Assembly (NCBI RefSeq): GCF_006345805.1 | Contig: NC_042998.1 | Span: forward strand, 28,024,001-28,088,000 | From: Octopus sinensis | Taxonomy: Eukaryota | DNA length: 64,000 nucleotides | Direction of reading: 5' to 3' | In this document: piece by piece, positions 27,515 to 39,717 of the stretch | Layout of the letters: the number at the start of each line of letters is the position of its first letter | How positions within the stretch are numbered: the first letter of the stretch is position 1 | Notes under the pieces: model-generated | The model's database searches: none | Told to the model about the DNA's origin: nothing | Seen by the model: the letters and a program-made list of their open reading frames with translations, nothing else | Position numbers and translations under genes: made by a program

Positions 27515-27751
27515 TCAGGAATCGGACACCATGGCCCATTCGAGTAGAGAGTTATAGTTTACTGAGAAATATCGGGGTGTAGGACATTTATCCGGGATTT
27601 TTTTAAGGAATTTGTCCAAAGGCGTCTTGCACTTTATCGAGTCTGTTTCTGCTATAATATGTTTTGGTGCAATGTTAAAGAGAGCAGAGCCAACTGAGGT
27701 GAAATAATTGTACCGTATTGTAATGTGTTGCGAGTATGATTTATTGGTCAC
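27515..27751 (-). mobile_element. 3' fragment of a CR1/L2-like LINE ORF2
   Basis: TIRYNYFTSVGSALFNIAP...CKTPLDKFLKKIPD.P.P.Y...NSL resembles the LFN.LP...FK..LD.FL..IPD.P C-terminus of invertebrate CR1/L2-group elements. Confidence 0.7.
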
Positions 27752-28144
27752 TTTTGAAAATTTTCATTGCAATGTAATTAAGGAAGGTTGAAATCATACC
27801 ATAAATATTTCGAAAAATGCAATTCACTCGTGGTAACAACTGTACTAAAGTAAAACATTTATTTATTACACGCCATATACATTTGAACTTAGTAGCTATT
27901 AGTAGTTATTTTTATTCTAACGAAATTTATACGAAACTAATAAACAATAATAAAACATTTAATTAAAACATGGAAAATAACCAATTCAATCCTCAAACGA
28001 ATCTAGATTATAGTTTTCATTACCATAAACTTTTTCCTGTCGTATCTATACTAAATAATACCTGAAATATTGTTGTGTCGACGCCCCCAGACGATGAAGT
28101 AGGCTAGCCCAGTACGTAGATATAGAGGGAGAAGTCGAGGTCAG

Positions 28145-28189
<45 letters not shown>

Positions 28190-28656
28190 GAGTAGAAGGC
28201 ATCCGAACGTGCGACATAACAAATATGAAACTGGTTTACGCATGCGATATCAGTCAATGTTTAACAGTTTATGAATGAAAAGAATATCAACGCAAGTCGT
28301 ACAATTTCAATGATTTTAGGCATGTTATATATTTTACTGTTATTCGGTCTATAGACTTATGGTGTCTCAGGATTACAAACGAGTAAGCTACATAGAAATG
28401 ATTAGGCAATTTTTAGCTCATCTAAAAACATTTTATTAATAAGTTCGATATTTGCTAATGAAATTACACAAGAATTCTTTAATTAAATGTAGTGAAGTAT
28501 ATAATGATGAGCCTTATTTCCTTTGCTGTTTGCACAGTGCTAAACGTAAGATATGAAGGAATGCACGGCAAGGAAATAAATCAAGATTTTATAACAATTT
28601 ATATTGTAAAAATTCTTAAATTCTTAATTATCACAAATAATGCGTAAAACTATATA

Positions 28657-28936
28657 TGCTTTTTGTTGTGTCTGGGGGGAGTCTTTTTTTTTTTTGTGCC
28701 TTATAATGTAACCCACTCACCGGTAAAATTTCCACTTATTTCTTATTTACCTAAAATTTTCGTTGCGTCTTGCAACCTTTTCTATAGTTTTGACTGAAAC
28801 TATTGAAAAGGTTGCAAGACGCAACGAAAATTTTAGGAAAATAAAAATAAGAAATAAGTGGAAATTTTACCGGTGAGTGTGTTACATAATAAGGCACAAA
28901 AAGAAAATGACTCTCCTTAGACACAACAGAATATGC
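28657..28936. mobile_element. Foldback element (MITE-like) of two inverted family E arms
   Basis: Arms of ~135 bp are reverse complements around ATAGTTT-TGACTG-AAACTAT. Confidence 0.8.
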
Positions 28937-29699
28937 TTCAACACACGAACTCATATAAAGAATCTTGCAAACCAAATCCAAAAACGAAATATATATGCTT
29001 TCTCATTCTAATGTGAACATGAGTTGAACATTGGCTTAGAATCTACATTCCTACACAGTATGCCTTGTGCTCCTGTTGTGTAGTTATGATTGGCTTTACC
29101 GAGCAAGGATATGACAAGCAGGTGGTATGATTAATAGATCCAACAATACAAATTCACCATTACACGGCTGGGAATGCACAGCACACTCTAATTAACAAGG
29201 TTTATTTGCAAGGAACACAGTGAGACAGCTCGATTACTTGTGCAGTTCTTTTTTAAATGTATAAATGGAATGTGTGGCTCCAGGCGTGGTAGTTGCCGTT
29301 TTTCTTTATCTTCAGTTGTGGCGATCTTGAATACTTTTTAGGGCTAAGGCGATTACTAACGCTAATGTATGTCTGTGTGTATATTTCCCTGTTTGGTTGA
29401 TTTAACTGGTTTAAATATGATTCTTGTTCATTACTTTAGAGGAGTGGATATATTTCTGATTGTAAATAATTGACTAGATACGAAGTGGAAGGGATTGTAT
29501 AGTGTAGAGTTAGCTGCGGCAATAAACCCGCCCATTGTATATACAAATGGTTTTTTTTCTGATTGGTTAGATTGATTTCCTTATGCAAATAATCGGTGTG
29601 TAAGAAGCTCCAAATGGCTTGAAATGAGCTTATTTTCTCTTCATTGCTTTTTTCAGTAATCTTGGAGGACTGGTAATGTGGAAGGTAGATTACGTAATA

Positions 29700-29860
29700 A
29701 TATTATTATAATATAATATATAATATAATATATATATATATAATATTATATAATATATATATATATATATAATATTATATAATATATATCTATAATATTA
29801 TATAATATAATATATATGTAATATATAATATGATGATATAATAATAGTATTACTTAATAG
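29700..29860. repeat. Low-complexity (TAATA/TA)n tract
   Basis: Almost pure A/T. Confidence 0.9.
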
Positions 29861-31454
29861 TAATATATGTGTAGTGCCTGTGGGTTCGCAAAATTACCGT
29901 CCTATCGTTTTAAAATGTTTTATACACGATAGAAATACAAATGTGATGTTGGGAGCATCTTACAGCCGCCATTATTTTCTCCTTTTAAAATATTAATATA
30001 CTTGAAAAAAAGCATCAACAATGCATATCGTTTGTTCTTTGTTTATTTGTAAGTGTATAAAAAATGCATACAAAACGACACGTTGAATAGCTGATATATA
30101 CACGCTCGTAATTTGGAAGAGCATTTGTATACGTATATTATATAATTTTCGTTTTGGTTTTCATTCAGTTAATAATGTTCGCCGTACTACATATGGTAGT
30201 CGATAAATCTATACAGAATTATTTAAATTGATGCACAGACACACAGGACAGCCTTACACATTCATATCAACACACACACACATATAAACGCATGTACATG
30301 AACATATTGATATGGCCATACACAAAGACAATTACAAAGAACCAAATAAAAATATGTCACGTCTTCATAATAGTTATGCACATTTCCAGCATTCCAGTTG
30401 AAACAGAATATTATATAATCCGTTCATGAACATATCTGACTTAGTATCCAGCGTAATTAGCTGCATTCGTCATCTGCAATAATGATGGTTATTGAAGTGA
30501 AACGATTGTTATTCTAAATGACTCGTCACGCTAGATGCTAAATTTCGGTTAGTCTAAGATCGAATTAGGTTACCAAATGAAGTTATGACACACTGCATAT
30601 ACAGGCTACTTTGGGATATATAGTTGAAAACCGCGAAATATTTTGGAACTATATTGGATATTACAATTTACTATTTCGAATATTAAATACCGAAAAAAAA
30701 TGTCTTCTTTACTCGTATCATGCTTTCATTACTTGAAAATATAAAATACAAACAAAAGTTATATATGTGAAAATTTCATAAAGTAAAATAGTGAATCAGT
30801 TTAAAAATTAAAGAATTATAAGCAAAACCACACTTCACATTTTAAATAATTAACTGCCGCACTAATTATTTATGTATAACGAACAAAAGCAATACGAACC
30901 TATTTGCAAATGGAGGAAAATATTTCCAGAAGAAATATATGAAGCTTCTCCTGTGTTATTGTTATTTGCTGTTATTTTATTTTTGTTGTTTTGTGCTTAT
31001 TTACCAATACTGATACTTATTGTTTTTTCGACATTTTTAATTACACAAATTAAATCGTATTAAACAGATTTTAGAAACAAATTTTGAGAGAAGCAGTTTA
31101 AATTTTGTATAATATACATCATTCGTTTTCGTATTGAAATACTTTAAACATAACGACGAAGTTTCACATTTACTACTATAAATAAAATACAATCTTCATC
31201 TGAAGCATTTCAGAATTAATTAATATGAGTACCTGTACGTTGCTACTCAAGAAGTAGCTTAGCGGTGATTGGTTTAATTAAAAGTAATACATTAATAATA
31301 TGGATCATATTTCGCAATAGTATAACTGTATATTCTTGATATTCTTTGTTTGCTTATCGGCTTATAAGCCATCTTCAGATTGTAATGCATTACAATCAAT
31401 CTTGGCAATATATAATATCCCTTGGGTTTGTATATTTGAGTGGAATGATTTTCG

Positions 31455-31620
31455 GATCGGGTGATTTCTATCAACGAGTTATTGAAAAATCTTGTTGAAC
31501 GTTGGGAAGAAGTTGTAAACAACAAGGGTGAATAAACTATTGATTAATTAGTTGTTATCTTTTATTAAACCTTTTAAAACATTTAGATTTTTAAAAAACG
31601 GCGGGAACTTATTTGCCAAC

Positions 31621-31624
<4 letters not shown>
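31455..31624 (+). mobile_element. Mariner (Tc1/mariner) 3' end: transposase C-terminus and right TIR
   Basis: GDFYQRVIEK/LVERWEEVVNNKGE*TID* matches the mariner FY..GI.KL.ERW..V....G.Y..D end; TIR AAAACGGCGGGAACTTATTTGCCAACCCAA followed by TA. Confidence 0.85.
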
Positions 31625-31659
<35 letters not shown>

Positions 31660-31923
31660 AGTTTCAAAGAAGAAGCAATGGAGGTTGTAGCATGGAAATC
31701 TAAACTTACTTACGGAGATAGCAACTCAATATCGCCTCAGGAGATACATATAGATGTTCTTATACAGGTAAATCGTTACATACTTTAAACTTAACTTTAA
31801 ATCCTGTATATACGAGGATCTATATGTATCGAAACATTTGTAGCGATTAAAAAGCTGCCTAACTTTATTTACTCTTCCTTTTGACTCTTTTACTTTTTAC
31901 TTTATATATATGTGTGTGTGTGC

Positions 31924-32003
<80 letters not shown>

Positions 32004-32073
32004 TGTGTGTATAATATATATATATATGTATGTATGTATATATGTATATAAATATATATATATATATATATAC

Positions 32074-32123
<50 letters not shown>

Positions 32124-32443
32124 ATAAATATTAGGGAATAAATCCAAATTTACAGGGAAAAATCAGATTTAGGATTGAATCCAATTTTATAGTAAAATAT
32201 TATATTAATTAGGGACAAAACCACTATTATGCAAATCAAACAAAGAAAGACTTAAGCCAATACATAAAATACATAAATTAAATATAATTAAATATATATT
32301 AATTATATAAATATAAATTATATAAATATTTATAAAACATGTACACAATATCCACATATATATGTATGCATGTATGCATGTATGTATGTATGTATTATCT
32401 ATCTATACACACACACATACATATATTTATGCATTTATATAAT

Positions 32444-32561
32444 TAATTTATCGACCCCGAAAGGATGAAAGGCAAAGTCGACCTCGGCGGAATTTGAACT
32501 CAGAACGAAATACGGCTACGCATTTCGCCCGGCGTGCTAACGTTTCTGCCAGCTCGCCGCC
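32444..32561 (-). mobile_element. SINE family C 5' part
   Basis: Head and Nin-like domain. Confidence 0.85.
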
Positions 32562-32969
32562 CTTTTATGCATTTATATATCTTTGCTTAATTTATTCAAA
32601 TTTATTTATTGCTTTCTAAGAAAAGTGTACATTAAAGAATAGAATCCATTGAAAGTGTTTGTAAGTATTAAAAATAGAATAAGACAAGTTTATTTCGTGT
32701 CTTAAAATATGTTTGTGTTTTTCTGTAAACATTAGCAAGAATATATTTTAAGAAAACGCTTTTATGAATGTACATCTTACATCATTTTGATTAATATGAA
32801 ATTAAAATTTGTAACCTTAAAATTGTTCAAGGATAATTGTATAAAATACTACGAAAAGTGAAAAATATAATGGCTATTTTGTTTATAACATAGCTATAGA
32901 TTATATTAAAGTAGTATGATGCTGTATAAGAATTTGATAAACACTAAATCATATATATATACTTACAGT

Positions 32970-33690
32970 CAGTGGCGGACTGGGTCTAAAAATATTGGTT
33001 GCCAGGAGACTAAGGGGGCCCATCCTCACCTACAAGGGAGGCCACCCGCAACTACAACGCTATCTCTTTTACTCTTTTACTTGTTTCAGTCATTTGACTG
33101 CTGCCATGCTGGATCACCGCCTTTAGTCGAGCAAATCGACCCCAGGACCTATTCCTTGTAAGCCTAATACTTATTCTATCGTTCTCCTTTGCCGAACCGC
33201 TAAGTTACGGGGACGCAAACACACCAGCATCGGTTGTCAAGCGGTGTTGGGGAGACTAACACAGACGCAGAAACACACACATATATATATAATATACGAC
33301 GGGCTTCTTTCCGTTTCCGTCTATCAAATCCACTCACAAGGCTTTGGTCGACCCGAGGCTATAGTAGAAGACACTTGCCCAAGGTGCCACACTGTGAGAT
33401 GGAACCTGGAACCATGTGGTTGGTAAGCAAACTACTTACCACACAGCTACTCCTGCACCTATCATTTATTATTATTATTATGTTGTTGTTGTTAAAAGTA
33501 TTCTTTTCAATTGTCTACAGACACATTCAGGCTGAAATAGTAATGCATTCTTCTAGGAGTGAATACAAAATTCTCAAACTTGAGGGGTTAGGCCCCTTAG
33601 ATATTAACATGGGTCCCCATGTATGGATTCTAATGGCACAGATGTCCACTTGCCGTCGGGCAAGCTGGCAATCTGGCCAGTTGGCCACCG
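32970..33690. mobile_element. Possible hAT-like MITE interrupted by a family B SINE
   Basis: CAGTGGCGGACTGG (32970-32983) versus CCAGTTGGCCACCG (33677-33690), 11/14 inverted match; no clean TSD. Confidence 0.4.
33064..33460 (-). mobile_element. SINE family B (full)
   Basis: Homologous to the other full copies. Confidence 0.9.
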
Positions 33691-33805
33691 ATTACTTTAT
33701 ATAATAATGAAACAACTTTGATATGGAATAAATTTGAAATACCGCAATTTTGATAAATCCCTGAACGAGGTATAAACAGTAACTGCACGACAATGTGAGG
33801 TATAT

Positions 33806-34022
33806 TTGCCATCTCAATATGGCTAACCACTAAGGGTGGGTGTTACTGTAGCTTGTAGCCCCAGGAGAACATCTCCTCCAGCTGGCTATAGACACACCTT
33901 CTGTGCCCTATCGGTATTTGCAAAGAGAGGTCATCCTTCCCTCGTCAACATAAGTGATACGCATGGTCGGCAGTTTCTGGGTATTGACCCGTCATCAGCG
34001 TACGACAATCACCGGTTTTCTA
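33806..34022. repeat. ~220-bp dispersed repeat (family F), copy 2
   Basis: Aligns with 22396-22630. Confidence 0.8.
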
Positions 34023-34221
34023 TATGGATATAGAAGAAAGAAGAAATACAAGTAAGATATCAATAGCGTAATATAGTGATATGATTAAATTGGCCAAACT
34101 AGTTGAGAAGGAAACACAGCATATACATTTAAACAAACAGAATATTAAAAAGTAACTTACAAGACAAAATATCCATTTTAGCCTTCGAACATTAATCCCT
34201 CTTTGGTATTTTCGCGAAGGT

Positions 34222-34608
34222 GGAGGCGCAATGGCCCAGTGGTTAGGGCAGCGGACTCGCGGTCATAGGATCGTGGTTTCGATTCCCAGACCGGGCGTTG
34301 TGAGTGTTTATTGAGCGAAAACACCTAAAAAGCTCCACGAGGCTCCGGCAAGGGATGGTGGCGATCCCTGCTGTACTCTTTCACCACAACTTTTTCTCAC
34401 TCTTACTTCCTGTTTCTGTTGTACCTATATTTCAAGGGGCCGGCCTTGTCACTCTGTGTCACGCTGAATATCCCCGAGAACTACGTTAAGGGTGCACGTG
34501 TCTGTGGAGTGCTCAGTCACTTACACGTTAATTTCACGAGCAGGCTGTTCCGTTGATTCGGATCAACCGGAACTCTCATCGTCGTAACCGACAGAGTGCT
34601 TCCATCCA
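34222..34608 (+). mobile_element. SINE family A (full length)
   Basis: GGCGCAATGGCCCAGTGGTTAG ... GGTTTCGATTCC; reverse complement of 1261-1644. Confidence 0.9.
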
Positions 34609-35252
34609 TTTTCGCGAAGTTTTATGACAAACGAATTAAATTAGAAGGCTGTGAAATAGAGAATTTTCTCTGCAAACTGAAAATTGTTCATGCTTAGTTT
34701 AAACTGTTCATTTTGCTACTCCTCTTACTGATACTACTACAAATTTCATCTCTATTTTCTACACACTATCGAAGTTTTTCTCCGAGAATCACTCACTGTA
34801 CTTAGAAACTATACCTTAGAGTATAATGGCCTCCGAAAATTTCTCATCACAACACAATTTCAGCCCAAAACTATTGTTCAGCTCTTCCAAACATGGTTGA
34901 TATCATTGTTGTATCCACTTATTAGAAAATTATAAACGACAATAACGATTATATCAATCGTAGTAGTAACAAGCATATTTAAAATATTTTCTTATATAAC
35001 AATATTTAATGCCGTGTAAATGATTTTTGAGCTAATCAATGTAAGTTATGGTATGTAGATGAATACTAATGTACATTCTTCATGAAATATTTACACAAGC
35101 ATAAAGCAAAATAAAACCAAATACAAGGATTACAAGGATTAAGAACAATAAAAGCAAATTGCAAACAGTTAAAAAGACACGGACCATAATCTTATAGAGT
35201 ATACGATATCTTAACTACTGCAACCATAACAAATTGAATATGATCTTCAGCT

Positions 35253-35823
35253 GAGGCAGCGATCTAGCAGAAACGTTAGCACGCCGGGCGAAATGCTTAG
35301 CGATATTTCGCCTGCCGTTACGTTCTGAGTTCAAATTCCGGCGTGGTCGACTTTGCCTTTCATACTTTCGGGGTCGATAAAATAAGTACCAGTTACGCAT
35401 TGGAGTCGATATAATCGATTTAATCCATTTGTCTGTTCTTGTTTGCCCCTTATGTGTTTAGCCCCTTGTGGGTAGTAAAGAAATAGGTATTTCGTCTGCC
35501 GCTACGTTCTAAGTTCAAATTCCGCCGAAGTCGACTTTGCCTTTCATCCTTTCGGGGTCGATTAAATAAGTACCCGTTACGCACTGGGATCGATATAATC
35601 GACTTAATCCGTTTGTTTGTCCTCTCTGTGTTTAGCCCCTTGTTGGTAGTAAAGAAATATGTATTTCGGCTGTGTTTACGTCCTAAGTGCAAATTCCGCC
35701 GAGATCGACTTTGCTTTCATCCTTTCGGGGTCGATAATTTAAGTACCAGTTGCGTACTGGGTTCGATCTAATCAACTGGCTCCCTCCCCCAAAATTTCGG
35801 GTTTGTGCTTAGAGTAGAAAAGT
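35253..35823 (+). mobile_element. SINE family C tandem trimer
   Basis: Headed unit plus two headless units joined at GAAATA|(G/T)GTATTTCG. Confidence 0.88.
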
Positions 35824-36569
35824 ATATGATCATCAGCTACCCAAATTACTATGTTAATTATTGCTTACAAATTTTGTCACAAAATTAGCAACTTCGGAAG
35901 AGACCCTAGTAGTCAGCTGGTACTTATATCCTCAACAGCTTAAGCGATGAAAGGCTAAAGCTACCTCAGCAGAATTCGAATTGTAATTAGACAATATATT
36001 GGTTCTACTCATCTTCATTCTCAATCTTACCAATCATCTTTCTTTAATCTCAAATTATATCATTCAACGTCACGGTCAGCATACCTATGAAACCTCAAAA
36101 TGAAGTCCATAAAATTTAAACTAATTTCAGATATTTTAACTTAAGGAAAAACTTACGGAGGTGAAAAGTATAAATAACTTTTAAGCTCGTGCAAAGCAAC
36201 TGAATTATATGTAGTAAATAGCAAGTTAATAAAAAATGAGATTTGAGCTACAAGAAAGTAAGAACTTCGAAATATATTTACGTAAATAGAAATTTTGATA
36301 TCAAAATATAATGATTCTTTGCTTTAATATAAAAAAAATACCTCCCTCATTAAATAATCAGTAAATGTTTTCGAACTTGGACAAATATTTTTTACATTAA
36401 CATTTTGCAGCACTAAGTATTTTCATGTTATTTTTTAAACTAAAGAACAAAATTCTATTTTATTTCTACGATTGAATGTGTAGTAATAACAGAACATATT
36501 TGTCTTGTGGAATTCATACAAGTTTTTCAACGTATTTCTTGTTTCTTTAAGTATGTAGGTCTATTTACT

Positions 36570-36732
36570 CATACATACATACATACATACATTCATACAT
36601 ACATACACATACATACATACATACATACATACATACATACATACATACATACATGCATACATACATAAATATACACATACACACACATACATACATACAT
36701 ACATACATACATACATACATACATACATACAT
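36570..36732. repeat. (ACAT)n microsatellite
   Basis: Direct reading. Confidence 0.95.
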
Positions 36733-36785
36733 TGACCGCTAGCACCAAAAGCTTTTTTTTTCTCTCTGTTTATTTTCTCGTGTTC

Positions 36786-36821
36786 CTTTCTGTTGAAGAG
36801 CGTAGGCTCGAAACGTAAAAG
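36786..36821 (+). ncRNA. Minimal type I hammerhead-like motif with CUGUUGA core variant, in a ~150-bp Penelope-tail-like element (~36755-36912)
   Basis: CUUU / CUGUUGA A / GAGC-GUAG-GCUC / GAAA C GU A / AAAG; stems I and II pair; palindromic ACGU stem III; A6 replaced by U. Confidence 0.6.
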
Positions 36822-36907
36822 ACGTTCTCACCTTCCCGAGCGTTAAACTAATACACCTGTTTGTTGCTTATACGCCTGCCTTCGTCTTTTGTATTTCGGT
36901 AAATTTC

Positions 36908-36946
<39 letters not shown>

Positions 36947-37154
36947 TATTATAAGGCCTTACAAAAACTTTTCAAGCCTATATGCTGAAAAATAGACGCT
37001 AAATCGTCCAACCACTACAAAAAGTCACAAACACATGTACTGAATTCGATGCAACAAGCCAACTGAAATTATGAATAAAATAGAGAGCCCTGGATTAGCT
37101 ACATTCTAGATTTGCCCAAAGGTGTTTCCGTCTTCAGTAGGACTTACATATTTA

Positions 37155-37384
37155 GGCGAAGATGTGCGTGTGTGGTAAGTAGCTTGCTGACTAACAACAT
37201 GGTTCCGGGTTCAGTTCCACTGCGAGGCAACTTGGGCAAGTGTTTTCTACTATAGCCTAGGGCCGACCAAAGCCTTGTGAGTGAATTTGGTAGACGGAAA
37301 CTGAACGAAATCCGTCGTGTATATATATACACGACGGATTTATATATATACACGACGGATATATATACATACATACAAACATAC

Positions 37385-37456
<72 letters not shown>

Positions 37457-37712
37457 GTGTGTGTGTGTGTGTCTGTACGTATATATGTGTATGTGTATGT
37501 TTGTGTGTCTGTATTTGTCCCCCAACATCGCTTGGCAACCGATGGTGGTGTGTTTACGTCCCCGTAAAATAGCGGTTCGGCAAAAGAGACCGATAAAATA
37601 AGTACCAGGCTTACAAAGAATAAGTCCTGCGATCGATTTGCTCGACTAAAGGAGGTGCTCCAGCATGGCCACAGTCAGGTGACTGAAACAAGTAAAAGAG
37701 CAAAAGAGTATA
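37155..37712 (+). mobile_element. SINE family B (full) with long internal microsatellite
   Basis: Head 37155-37320, microsatellite ~37320-37510, tail to 37712. Confidence 0.9.
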
Positions 37713-38118
37713 TATATATATATATGCATGTAAGGCTGGTAAATGACTTAGGTATTCTTGTTTTTTGTTTTTTGTTTTTTGCTTGATCCATTACTTTCTT
37801 ATTGTGTTGAACTTCAAATATTGCTAATAAAATGTAGAAGCGTATACATAACTGACTCGTATCTATTTACGAACTACCATTGTAAACTAAATGTCCCTTT
37901 TAAATACATTCTAAATTAATGAGGTGCATTTCGTTCGTGCTAATTGATTTACTGTCGAAGGGCTAGCAATTTATTTGGAAAGGAGTGATCATTTGCGAAA
38001 CTTCCAAAATTGAAAATAACAAAGATAATTATATTAAGGTTTCTATAACTGCAATGTTTTCATATAAATTTAATATAATTATTTTCAATATAATTCTGTT
38101 CTTATAAGGTGGTCGTAT

Positions 38119-38349
38119 ACTCTTTACTCTTTATTCTTTTACTTGTTTCAGTCATTTGACTGCGGCCATGCTGGAGCACCGCCTTTAATCGAGCAACTCG
38201 ACCCCGGGACTTATTCTTTTGTAAGCCTGGTACTTATTCTATCGATCTCTTTTGCCGAACCGCTAAGTAACGGGGACATAAACACCAGCATCAGTTGTCA
38301 AGCAATGCTAGGGGGACAAACACAGACACACAAACACACACACGCATAT

Positions 38350-38395
<46 letters not shown>

Positions 38396-38560
38396 TACGA
38401 CGGGCTTCTTTCAGTTTCCGTCTACCAAATCCACTCACAAGGCTTTGGTCGGCCCGAGGCTATAGTAGAAGACACTTGCCCCAGGTGCCACGCAGTGGGA
38501 CTGAACCCGGAACCATGTGGTTGGTAAACAAGCTACTTACCACACAGCCACTCCTGCGCA
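38119..38560 (-). mobile_element. SINE family B (full, near consensus)
   Basis: GCGCAGGAGTGGCTGTGTGG ... GGGTTCAGTCCC; CORE-like CACCTGGGGCAAGTGTCTT. Confidence 0.92.
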
Positions 38561-39210
38561 TATTTAAAATTACTTTTCTTATTGCGTATTTCGTCCCTAT
38601 TTTCATTGTATGTAAGACCGAGCTCATCATAGCTTTCATTTATCTAATAATGCAGCTTGAATTAGTATATAATTTGTTTTATGAAAGCTCATCATTTCTC
38701 TACTAAGAAAACGTTTTTGGTGATAAGATATTCAAAAGAATGCTAATGAAGAACTTTATCTACGTCAAAGGAAACGACAACGCCTTCCTTTTCGAAGTTC
38801 TGTTCCTGCCGAAATCGAACGTAGCTTGATTTAAGTTGTATTGCTAAGCTATATAAATCAAGGTATGTATTAAGGTACATTACTAAGGTGTATAAAAATA
38901 GAATTCATTTGAAGCACTTGTGAAATATACAATATAAACAGATAGACGGTCGGGTTGAATAAATGTATGTTATCAACAAGTGTTGCTGGTATAGCACAGG
39001 AAACTTTAACCAAGACGCTGAAATCTATCCAACAGTTAGATAATGTTATATTTCAGGTTGACAAATGATCACGTGTAATTTAGAAAAAATATAATTCTAA
39101 ATATAAAACAACTTTTGTTATTACATTCAGAAGGATGAAACTACAAGTTGACTCTGTTAAGTTTGAAACCAGAACGTTAGGTTTTCCAGTAAATAACGAA
39201 GTAACATATT

Positions 39211-39441
39211 TATTTCTTTATTGCCCACAAGGGGCTAAACATAGAGGGGACAAACAAGGACAGACAAACGGATTAAGTCGATTGCATCGACCCCAGTGCG
39301 TGACTGGTACTTAATTTATCGACCCCGAAAGGATGAAAGGCAAAGTCGACCTCGGCGGAATTTGAACTCAGAACGTAACGGCAGACGAAATGTCGCTAAG
39401 CATTTCGCCCGGCGCGCTAACGTTTCTGCCAGCTCTCCGCC
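39211..39441 (-). mobile_element. SINE family C monomer with 14-bp flanking direct repeat
   Basis: CGAAGTAACATATT at 39197-39210 and 39448-39461. Confidence 0.88.
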
Positions 39442-39487
39442 TTTTAGCGAAGTAACATATTGAATGAAAATAATGATCCTAATATCG

Positions 39488-39717
39488 ATTTCTTTATTGC
39501 CCATAGGGGGCTAAACACAGAGCGGACAAACAAGGACAGACAAAGGGCTTAAGTCGGTTACATCGACCCTAGTGCGTAACTGGTACTTAATTTATCAATC
39601 CCGAAAGGATGAAAGGCAAAGTCGACTTCGGCGGAATTTGAACTCAGAACGTAACGGCAGACGAAATACGGCTACGCATTTCGCCCGGCGTGCTAACGTT
39701 TCTGCCAGCTCGCTGCC
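39488..39717 (-). mobile_element. SINE family C monomer with 46-bp flanking direct repeat
   Basis: 39442-39487 is identical to 39718-39763. Confidence 0.88.

Noticed and set aside
29230-29340. Possible old CR1/L2 tail (HSIYTFKKELHK on the minus strand)
   Set aside because: Similarity limited to a few residues
34222-34300. tRNA genes at SINE heads (also 61-127, 57032-57100, 63933-64000)
   Set aside because: A/B boxes are present but there is no complete acceptor stem, and each continues into a multicopy SINE body
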